Assembly: GCA_035281865.1 (NCBI GenBank) | Contig: DATEVI010000328.1 | Location: forward strand, 1 to 24,640 | Length of the DNA: 24,640 nucleotides | Source of the DNA: Geobacteraceae bacterium | GTDB taxonomy: Bacteria; Desulfobacterota; Desulfuromonadia; Geobacterales; Geobacteraceae | Direction of reading: 5' to 3' | In this document: positions 18,335-24,640 of the stretch, piece by piece | Layout: each line of letters starts with the position of its first letter | How positions within the stretch are numbered: position 1 is the stretch's first letter | Notes under the pieces: model-generated | Told to the model about the DNA's origin: nothing | What the model saw: the letters and a program-made list of their open reading frames with translations, nothing else | Database searches by the model: none | Position numbers and translations under genes: made by a program

Positions 18335-19366
18335 ATGTTCAAGAATTTGTGCAAATCCATAGTGGTCCTTTCCGCTCTTGCCGTTACGGCAATAGCCGGC
18401 CAGGCCTCTGCCGAGACGCTGATCAACGGCGCAGGCGCAACCTTTCCGTACCCGCTCTACTCGAAATGGTTCAGTGAGTACGCAAAGATCGATCCTTCAG
18501 TCAAGTTCAACTACCAGTCAATCGGCAGCGGTGGTGGTATCAAGCAGATTACGGCCCAAACGGTCGATTTTGGCGCGTCCGACAAGTTTCTTACCGATGC
18601 CGATCTGGCGAAGGCCCCGGGCAAGCTCCTGCACATCCCCACGGTAATGGGCGCGGTTGTCGTAACCTATAACCTCCCCGGCATCGGCAAGGGTCTCAAG
18701 CTCACCCCTGATGTCCTGACCGACATCTACTTCGGCAAGATCACCAAATGGAACGACCCGAGAATCGCCTCCGTCAACAAAGGAATCAATCTCCCCAATA
18801 GTCCAATCGTCGTCGTACATCGCTCCGACGGCAGCGGCACAACCGCGATCTTCACCGACTACCTCTCCAGCGTCAGCGCCGATTGGAAGAGCAAGGTCGG
18901 CATGGGCGCTTCCGTAAACTGGCCTGTAGGTCTCGGCGGCAAGGGCAATGAAGGGGTCGCCGGACAGGTCAAGAACATTAAGAACAGCATCGGCTATGTT
19001 GAACTGGCCTATGCCCATGAAAACAAGCTCCCCTACGCTTCCATGAAAAATTCCAGCGGCAGCTTCGTGGAGCCTTCCATCAAATCCACCAGTGCTGCAG
19101 CCGCCGGAGCAGCAAAGAATATGCCTGCCGATTTCCGCATTTCCCTGGTAAACCAGCCCGGCAAAGGCGCCTACCCCATCGTCGGCTTTACCTGGCTGCT
19201 CGTTTATCAACAGCAGAAAGATCCGGTCAAAGGTAAGAAGCTGGTCGAGTTCCTCAACTGGGAACTGAAGAAGGGCCAGAAAATGGCTTCAGCAATCCTC
19301 TACGCTCCGCTGCCGGACAATGTTGCAAAAATGGTGGAAAAGACCGTCAAATCCATCAAGTACTAG
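18335..19366 (+). CDS. pstS: Phosphate ABC transporter periplasmic binding protein
   Basis: Sec signal peptide, INGAGATFPYP, YQSIGSGGG, DFGASD, HRSDGSGTT, GGKGNEGV, GYVELAYA and AYPIVGFTW. Confidence 0.98.
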   Translation: MFKNLCKSIVVLSALAVTAIAGQASAETLINGAGATFPYPLYSKWFSEYAKIDPSVKFNYQSIGSGGGIKQITAQTVDFGASDKFLTDADLAKAPGKLLHIPTVMGAVVVTYNLPGIGKGLKLTPDVLTDIYFGKITKWNDPRIASVNKGINLPNSPIVVVHRSDGSGTTAIFTDYLSSVSADWKSKVGMGASVNWPVGLGGKGNEGVAGQVKNIKNSIGYVELAYAHENKLPYASMKNSSGSFVEPSIKSTSAAAAGAAKNMPADFRISLVNQPGKGAYPIVGFTWLLVYQQQKDPVKGKKLVEFLNWELKKGQKMASAILYAPLPDNVAKMVEKTVKSIKY

Positions 19367-19390
19367 AACTGGTCGGAAAAGAAAAGACGG

Positions 19391-19430
19391 AAAACAAGCG
19401 TGAGACACGCAATCTCACGCTTGTTTTTTT
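19391..19430 (+). terminator. Strong stem-loop with T tract after pstS
   Basis: AAAACAAGCGTGAGA-CACGCAA-TCTCACGCTTGTTTT perfect 15-bp stem that ends in a T7 run. Confidence 0.75.
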
Positions 19431-19465
19431 AAGCCATTTATGCAATCTATAGATCACTTGCCAAG

Positions 19466-19490
19466 GAGGCCGGCAAACCTTGCCGGCCTC
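19466..19490 (+). other. GC-rich 11-bp hairpin upstream of pstC
   Basis: GAGGCCGGCAA-ACC-TTGCCGGCCTC, ending 19 nt before ATG 19510. Confidence 0.6.
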
Positions 19491-19509
19491 TTCTGAGTCT
19501 GGAAGAAAC

Positions 19510-20514
19510 ATGAAAAACGATAATTGTGCAATCGAGGCGGGGGCCGGGTCGATAGTGGAAACGGGATCATCCTTACAGAAAATGAAGAAAATGTTGAACG
19601 GTGACTTCATCTTCAAAGGCATTACGGTCTTCTTCGCTTTCAGTATAATCCTCATCCTGCTCCTAATGCTCTTTGAGATGACCAGTCAGAGCCTGCCCTC
19701 CATCCGGAAATTCGGCTGGGATTTCATCTACAGCAGTCAATGGGATGCCGTGACGGAAGAATTCGGCGCCCTTCCTTTCATCTTCGGCTCCGTGGTATCC
19801 TCGATCCTGGCGCTTCTTCTGGCGACTCCCCTGAGCGTCGGCGCGGCAATATTCCTTACCGAGATCACTCCCCGAAAAATCGGAGGGATAATCTCTTCCC
19901 TGGTCGAATTGCTGGCGGCAATCCCCAGCGTCATTTACGGACTATGGGGCGTTCTGGTCATGGCACCCTGGCTGCAGAGAACCGTGCAGCCCTTTCTGAT
20001 AGAGCATTTCGGCTCACTTCCCTTTTTTCAGGGAGCTCCTTACGGGGTAAGCATGCTTGCCGCGGTCTTGATCCTGATGATCATGGTTATTCCCATCATC
20101 ACCTCCATAACCAAGGAAATCCTCATGGCCGTGCCCCAGAGTCAGCGCGAGGCGGCCATCGCCCTGGGGGCCACCCGCTGGGAGATGATTCGAATGGCCG
20201 TGCTCCCCTATGGGCGCTCCGGAATCCTGGGATCGGTCATCCTCGGGCTTGGACGGGCAATCGGAGAAACCATGGCGGTAACCATGGTGATCGGGAATAC
20301 CCCGCAGATATCATTATCCCTCCTCAACCCGGCCTACACCATGCCGAGCGTGATAGCCAACGAATTCGCCGAGACGACTTCCGACATGCACGCTTCGGCT
20401 CTCATGGAAATCGGCCTCATACTGCTGGCAGTTACCCTGATCATTAACATAATCGCCCGGTTTCTGGTTTGGAGTGTGACCCGCGGTGAGAGCAGAGGGG
20501 GGATGATCCAATGA
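19510..20514 (+). CDS. pstC: Phosphate ABC transporter permease
   Basis: FGALPFIFGSV, ELLAAIPSVIYGLWG, EAAIALGATRWE, LGLGRAIGETMAV and SVIANEF. Start moved to ATG 19510; the ORF-track TTG 19480 lies inside the hairpin. Confidence 0.96.
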   Translation: MKNDNCAIEAGAGSIVETGSSLQKMKKMLNGDFIFKGITVFFAFSIILILLLMLFEMTSQSLPSIRKFGWDFIYSSQWDAVTEEFGALPFIFGSVVSSILALLLATPLSVGAAIFLTEITPRKIGGIISSLVELLAAIPSVIYGLWGVLVMAPWLQRTVQPFLIEHFGSLPFFQGAPYGVSMLAAVLILMIMVIPIITSITKEILMAVPQSQREAAIALGATRWEMIRMAVLPYGRSGILGSVILGLGRAIGETMAVTMVIGNTPQISLSLLNPAYTMPSVIANEFAETTSDMHASALMEIGLILLAVTLIINIIARFLVWSVTRGESRGGMIQ

Positions 20515-21344
20515 CCGGTGTAAAACTGCGCAAAGCGAAAAACGTGCTCATGACCTTGCTGATGCTTGCCGCAACAGCTGCGATACTTTTTCCCCTCGTC
20601 ATCATATTTGCGCATATCGTCAAGATGGGATTCAGCTCGATCAGCCTCGACTTCTTCCTCCACATACCGAAACCGACCGGAGAAACCGGCGGTGGAATGG
20701 CAAACGGAATGCTCGGTTCCCTGGTCCTGATCGGCATGGCTTCCGCCATCGGGCTGCCTATAGGTATCTTCGGCGCCATATACCTCTCCGAATACGGAGG
20801 CGGGCGAATATCGAAAGTAATCCGTTTTGCAGCGGACGTGCTGAACGGTATCCCGTCGATAATTACAGGCATGGTCGCCTATACCCTCATAGTGGTGCCG
20901 ATGAAAGGGTTTTCAGCATTCGCGGGCGCGGTGGCGCTCGCCCTTATCATGACGCCGATAGTCCTGCGAACCGCCGAGGAACAGCTGAAACTGGTCCCCA
21001 ACTCGCTGCGTGAAGCCTCACTGGCGCTCGGCGTGCCCCTCTGGCGAACGACGTTCAAGGTCACCCTGCGGAGCGCCATGACGGGTGTCATGACCGGCGT
21101 ACTCCTGGCAGTCGCACGCATTGCCGGTGAAACGGCGCCCCTCCTCTTCACCGCGCTGGGGAATATGTTCTGGAGCAAGAAACTCACCGAACCGATCGCC
21201 GCCATGCCTCTCCAGATATTCAACTTCGCCATTTCTCCCTACGAGGACTGGCACCGTCTGGCCTGGGCCGGGGCACTCGTGCTCGTAACACTGATGTTCA
21301 CCATCAGCCTGGCGACCCGGTATTTCAGCAGGCAAAAATATTGA
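20511..21344 (+). CDS. pstA: Phosphate ABC transporter permease
   Basis: ATGA overlap with pstC; GIFGAIYLSEY, GIPSII, REASLALG and ARIAGETAPLLFT. Confidence 0.97.
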   Translation: MTGVKLRKAKNVLMTLLMLAATAAILFPLVIIFAHIVKMGFSSISLDFFLHIPKPTGETGGGMANGMLGSLVLIGMASAIGLPIGIFGAIYLSEYGGGRISKVIRFAADVLNGIPSIITGMVAYTLIVVPMKGFSAFAGAVALALIMTPIVLRTAEEQLKLVPNSLREASLALGVPLWRTTFKVTLRSAMTGVMTGVLLAVARIAGETAPLLFTALGNMFWSKKLTEPIAAMPLQIFNFAISPYEDWHRLAWAGALVLVTLMFTISLATRYFSRQKY

Positions 21345-21433
21345 CGGCTGATGAAGAAGACAAGGTGGCTGCGCGCCATTTCAACGGCGTGTTTAACCAA
21401 AAATACCGCGCATGACGCATTTCAGAGGATTTT

Positions 21434-22192
21434 ATGGGTACAAAAATCAAGCTTGAAGATATGAATGTATACTTCGGTAATAACCGGGCCGTAAAAGACG
21501 TCAGTATCGATTTCCATGAGAACATGGTTACCGCCATCATCGGACCGTCCGGGTGCGGCAAATCGACCGTCCTACGCGCCATGAACCGGATGCACGACAT
21601 GATTCCGTCCGCCCGTGTAACCGGAAAAATAATTTTCGACAATGGCGACATTTACGACAGAAATGTCGACCCGGTCGCTATACGACGAAGAATCGGCATG
21701 GTCTTCCAGAAGCCGAACCCCTTCCCTGCCATGTCGATCTACGACAACGTCATCGCGGGATACAAGCTTGTGGGCAGACTGAAAAGGCAAGATGCGGACG
21801 AGACCGTCGAGGAAAGTCTGAAGCGGGTAGCCCTATGGGATGAAGTAAAAGACCGGCTCAAAAAAAGCGCCATGGAACTCTCCGGAGGACAGCAGCAGCG
21901 GCTGTGCATAGCCAGAACCATCGCCGTAAAACCGGAAGTGATTCTAATGGACGAACCCTGTTCGGCACTTGATCCGATTGCAACGGCAAAGATAGAGGAA
22001 CTCGTCAACGAGCTGAAGGAGCAGTATACCGTCGCAATCGTCACCCACAACATGCAGCAGGCGGCCCGTGTTTCCGACTATACTGCCTTCCTGTACCTGG
22101 GGGAATTAATAGAGTTCGACAAAACTGGTAAAATATTCACCAATCCCGAGAAAAAACATACGGAAGACTACATTACCGGAAGATTCGGGTAA
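21434..22192 (+). CDS. pstB: Phosphate ABC transporter ATPase
   Basis: Walker [19 protein letters not shown], signature LSGGQQQR, Walker B LMDEP, SALDP and VTHNMQQA. Confidence 0.98.
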   Translation: MGTKIKLEDMNVYFGNNRAVKDVSIDFHENMVTAIIGPSGCGKSTVLRAMNRMHDMIPSARVTGKIIFDNGDIYDRNVDPVAIRRRIGMVFQKPNPFPAMSIYDNVIAGYKLVGRLKRQDADETVEESLKRVALWDEVKDRLKKSAMELSGGQQQRLCIARTIAVKPEVILMDEPCSALDPIATAKIEELVNELKEQYTVAIVTHNMQQAARVSDYTAFLYLGELIEFDKTGKIFTNPEKKHTEDYITGRFG

Positions 22193-22193
22193 G

Positions 22194-22277
22194 GTCAGTA
22201 GTCAGTAGTCAGTAGTCAGTAGTCAGTAGTCAGTAGTCAGTAGTCAGTAGTCAGTAGTCAGTAGTCAGTAGTCAGTA
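22194..22277. repeat. Perfect tandem heptamer array (GTCAGTA)x12
   Basis: Counted 12 uninterrupted units (84 bp), starting 1 nt after the pstB stop codon. Confidence 0.99.
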
Positions 22278-22309
22278 GCCGGGAAGGCTTAAAGTAATTT
22301 CATAAAACG

Positions 22310-23005
22310 ATGGGGACACGGATGGAAAGAGAACATATAGTCAAACAGTACGACACTGAGCTCAACGAGATACGCACAAAACTCCTGGAGATGGGAGGCA
22401 AGGTCGAGCTGATGATCTCCAACTCGATCAAGGCGCTCGTAGACAGGGATTCGGAGCTTGCCGACCGGACCATCCTGTCCGACCACGAGATCAATCATCT
22501 TGAGGTGGAGACCGACGAAAGATGCCTCGAAGTGCTTGCCCGTTGGCAGCCCGCCGCCCGGGATCTTCGTTTCCTCACCCTGGCGCTCAAGATCGTCACG
22601 GACCTGGAGAGGATCGGAGACCAATGCGTCAGCATAGCCAGCAGGGTAAAGGAACTCAATGAGGAACCGCCGCTGAAACCATACATCGACCTTCCCCGGC
22701 TGGCTGAAGCGTCACGTACCATGGTCAAGGAAGCGCTGGACGCCTTTGTCCGGGGCGACGAACAAATGGCCATGAAGGTGTGCAATGAAGACCAGTTTGT
22801 CGATGACCTGAATATCCAGATCCAGCGCGAACTTTTGACTTTCATGATGGAAGACCCGTCCACCATAAGCCGCGCCCTGAAACTCAACTACATCTCCAAG
22901 TACCTGGAACGAATCGCGGACCACGCAACAAATGTTGCGGAAATGGTCATTTTCATGCTCAAAGGCAAGGACATACGACACACCTCGTCTCCCGGAAAGT
23001 TATGA
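22310..23005 (+). CDS. phoU: Phosphate signalling protein PhoU
   Basis: Two PhoU repeats with ExxxD motifs (EVETDE), QPAARDLR, DLERIGD and YLERIADHATNVAE. The start could be ATG 22322. Confidence 0.97.
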   Translation: MGTRMEREHIVKQYDTELNEIRTKLLEMGGKVELMISNSIKALVDRDSELADRTILSDHEINHLEVETDERCLEVLARWQPAARDLRFLTLALKIVTDLERIGDQCVSIASRVKELNEEPPLKPYIDLPRLAEASRTMVKEALDAFVRGDEQMAMKVCNEDQFVDDLNIQIQRELLTFMMEDPSTISRALKLNYISKYLERIADHATNVAEMVIFMLKGKDIRHTSSPGKL

Positions 23006-23025
23006 GTTTCTGGGAACTCACTGAG

Positions 23026-23055
23026 AGGGCGCGATTGCATTCGCGCCCTTTTTTT
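23026..23055 (+). terminator. Intrinsic terminator of the pst-phoU operon
   Basis: AGGGCGCGA-TTGCAT-TCGCGCCCT followed by a T tract. Confidence 0.85.
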
Positions 23056-23059
23056 CAAC

Positions 23060-23122
23060 TCACTTTACGTAAATGAATTTCTGTGGGGCCTTGCCCGGCT
23101 TTCTCATCGGTACTCTCAACAT
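23060..23122 (-). CDS. Candidate 20-aa basic small protein MLRVPMRKPGKAPQKFIYVK
   Basis: GAGGAG RBS 6 nt before ATG 23122 (in-frame ATGs also at 23125 and 23128); TGA at 23062-23060 lies next to the phoU terminator hairpin; downstream of a minus-strand Pho-box-like repeat. Confidence 0.35.
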   Translation of the reverse strand: MLRVPMRKPGKAPQKFIYVK

Positions 23123-23205
23123 CATCATCTCCTCTCTCTGAATCCTTTACCCACACTGTCCCTATCCCTGTTGTAAATTCACTTCGCAGACTTGGTAAAT
23201 TAAAT

Positions 23206-23224
23206 TGTTACAATCGTGTTACAT
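23206..23224 (-). promoter_or_regulatory. Inverted Pho-box-like repeat
   Basis: Minus strand GTAACACGATTGTAACA is 15/17 identical to the pstS box GTAACACGGCTGTAACA. Confidence 0.65.
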
Positions 23225-23255
23225 CTGTACTGCAGCCAAAAATCCCCATGTCGGC

Positions 23256-23275
23256 TATACTATCAGTGGTATAAT
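23256..23275 (+). promoter_or_regulatory. Extended -10 promoter of the downstream operon, with an overlapping inverted repeat
   Basis: TGGTATAAT (TGn-TATAAT) at 23267-23275; TATAC-N8-GTATA at 23256-23273; GGAGG RBS at about 23291. Confidence 0.55.
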
Positions 23276-23302
23276 TTAGTCAGCACACTGGGAGGTGGAA
23301 CT

Positions 23303-23644
23303 ATGGCACTCATTGACGATTTGAAGGGCAATGTGGTGAGCGGGCTTCTGATCGGTATCGGCGCGGCCATCCTGGCGCCGGTGGTTCTTCCGATTCTAGC
23401 GAGCATTGCCAAACCGGTGGCCAAAGCGGCGGTAAAAGGCGGCATCATGATGTACGAGAAAGGCAAGGAAGTCGTGGCGGAAACGGGGGAGATGCTCGAA
23501 GACATAGTGGCGGAAGCAAAGGCGGAACTGGCTGAAGAACAGCATGCAGCCGAGGCTGGGGCAGCGATGGCAGGGGCGGGCTCGGCCGGTGAAGCCATGC
23601 AGGATATAAAAAACACTTTCGCCCCGGGCGAGGGCCGGACTTGA
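23303..23644 (+). CDS. DUF5132-like small membrane protein with an N-terminal GxxxG helix (FezA-like candidate)
   Basis: ATG 23303 after GGAGG; SGLLIGIGAAILAPVVLPILASIAKPVAKAAVKGGIMMYEKGKEVVAETGEMLEDIVAEAKAEL recognised as the DUF5132 pattern. Confidence 0.75.
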   Translation: MALIDDLKGNVVSGLLIGIGAAILAPVVLPILASIAKPVAKAAVKGGIMMYEKGKEVVAETGEMLEDIVAEAKAELAEEQHAAEAGAAMAGAGSAGEAMQDIKNTFAPGEGRT

Positions 23645-24120
23645 TGATTCCAATTGCCCATTGCGTCCACAAAACCGCGACGAGGATCCGCATACGCATT
23701 CCCTCAAAAAAGGGTGACATGTCTTACTTTGCGGTTTTGCAGGAACAGCTTGTTCATTGTGAGCAAGTCACCGGGTCCGAGGCAAACTCTCTGACGGGCG
23801 GCGTCCTTATCTTTTATGCGGGGGATTTTAAAGCGATAGCGGATTATGCGAAACGACGAAGCATCTTCAGGCTGTCGGAAATTAGGCGAAATCCCGGCAT
23901 TATGAGCACTACCGTGACTACTTACAAAAGTCTGGACGACAGATTGAAGAAGCTGAGCGGAGGAGAACTGGATTTGCCAAGCGCGGCATTTCTGGCACTG
24001 GCGGGCGCGGGCGTTTACAAGATCGCACAGGGCAAGTTCGCGGCTCCCGCATGGTACACGGCCTTCTGGTACGCCCTGAACATATTTCTGAAGGCCCGGG
24101 AAAAGGGCAGTTCCAAATAA
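23644..24120 (+). CDS. HMA-like (HMA_2 type) domain protein with a C-terminal membrane segment (FezC-like candidate)
   Basis: TGATG overlap with the upstream gene; VHKTATRIRIRIP...EANSLTGGVLIFY resembles the HxxPGRxRxR...NxxTGSxLI pattern; no CxxC; hydrophobic C-terminus AAFLALAGAGVY...PAWYTAFWYALNIFL. Confidence 0.7.
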   Translation: MIPIAHCVHKTATRIRIRIPSKKGDMSYFAVLQEQLVHCEQVTGSEANSLTGGVLIFYAGDFKAIADYAKRRSIFRLSEIRRNPGIMSTTVTTYKSLDDRLKKLSGGELDLPSAAFLALAGAGVYKIAQGKFAAPAWYTAFWYALNIFLKAREKGSSK

Positions 24121-24164
24121 CTCATGCGGCTCTTGGGCTGCCTGGTGAAGAAGGGGGGGTCCCA

Positions 24165-24640
24165 ATGGCGGAAAAAATCACCAAAGAAGAAACAATAAAG
24201 GAAGAGGAAACATCAAAAGGGATCGGCAAGGCAGGCACGACAGTCAAAGAAGGGATCGTCGAGAGCCTCAAGGGCATTAACGAAATAGAAGCGGAAATTG
24301 TCAGTCTGGTCAGGAGCACGGTTTCCAATACCCTCCAGGCTACCGGCTCGGTTGCCAATGGAGGAGTGAACGTGTCCAAAGACATTCTCAAAGGCGCCAT
24401 TGCCGCTGCTGAAGAAGTGGGTACCGGTCTGACGGTAAGCACGAAAAGCGTTGCAAAAGGCATCATCATGGGAGTCAGCGACGTCGGAGGCGATGTATTG
24501 ACGGTTGCAGGCCAGACAATCAGAAGCGCCGTCAAGGGTGCGGCGGAAGTTGGCGGCGATGTGGGGGTGGTCGCAAGAAGGACCGTTGACGGCGTTCTTG
24601 AAGCAACAAAGGAGATTGGCGGGAATGTCGAGGAAGTTGC
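24165..24640 (+). CDS. Protein of tandem 22-aa amphipathic repeats, cut off by the window edge
   Basis: Not in the ORF track because it has no stop in the window. Translated by hand from ATG 24165 (G-rich RBS); open for 158 codons to the edge; at least six 22-aa units. Confidence 0.85.
   Translation, partial: MAEKITKEETIKEEETSKGIGKAGTTVKEGIVESLKGINEIEAEIVSLVRSTVSNTLQATGSVANGGVNVSKDILKGAIAAAEEVGTGLTVSTKSVAKGIIMGVSDVGGDVLTVAGQTIRSAVKGAAEVGGDVGVVARRTVDGVLEATKEIGGNVEEV

Noticed and set aside
21285-21301. GTAACA-ctgat-GTTCAC 11-bp repeat inside the 3' end of pstA
   Set aside because: It lies in coding sequence with no -10 at the expected distance; probably codon-derived.
22194-22277. CRISPR interpretation of the repeat array
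   Set aside because: There are no spacers, the unit is only 7 bp, and no cas genes are present.
121-22981. Many ORF-track entries antisense to or out of frame with the called genes (for example 476-991 +, 864-1493 +, 10643-11275 +, 12721-13485 +, 18518-19210 -, 19740-20447 +)
   Set aside because: They shadow well-supported genes, lack family motifs and RBSs, and are expected from codon bias.
23160-23302. Fur box upstream of the fez-like operon
   Set aside because: No match to the GATAATGATAATCATTATC-type consensus was recognised. ATTGT-T-ACAAT at 23204-23214 is better explained as part of the Pho-box-like repeat.
24122-24535. 137-aa minus-strand ORF at the right end
   Set aside because: It is the antisense shadow of the plus-strand repeat gene, which has an RBS, operon context and clear periodicity.

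Overview
This window looks like a chromosomal core region of a Geobacteraceae-like deltaproteobacterium. The taxon is inferred from the eukaryote-type citrate synthase and the gene content. Positions 1-15011 are mostly minus strand. They carry, from right to left: an acyl-CoA synthetase, an M24 peptidase, gltA, a convergent plus-strand AMMECR1-family gene, a 59-aa Pro/Ala lipoprotein, an ndk-rlmN-mtnP-pfkB-TPR lipoprotein-rodZ run, a receiver/Usp/hybrid kinase/receiver module, and an FAD-dependent oxidoreductase cut by the left edge. Positions 15519-23005 hold a complete plus-strand phosphate locus: phoB-phoR-pstS-pstC-pstA-pstB-phoU. The most interesting parts lie around its 3' end. First, a perfect (GTCAGTA)x12 array sits between pstB and phoU. 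Second, an 11-bp-period Pho-box-like repeat occurs at the pstS and phoB promoters and again, inverted, downstream of phoU. Third, a possible 20-aa minus-strand peptide gene converges on phoU. Fourth, an operon starts that encodes a GxxxG membrane protein (DUF5132-like), an HMA-like membrane protein and a protein built of 22-aa amphipathic repeats. This operon resembles ferrosome (fez) iron-phosphate organelle clusters, but the diagnostic P1B-6 ATPase is not in the window. All family assignments come from recognising motifs by eye; no searches were run. No mobile elements, CRISPR arrays, rRNA or tRNA genes were seen.
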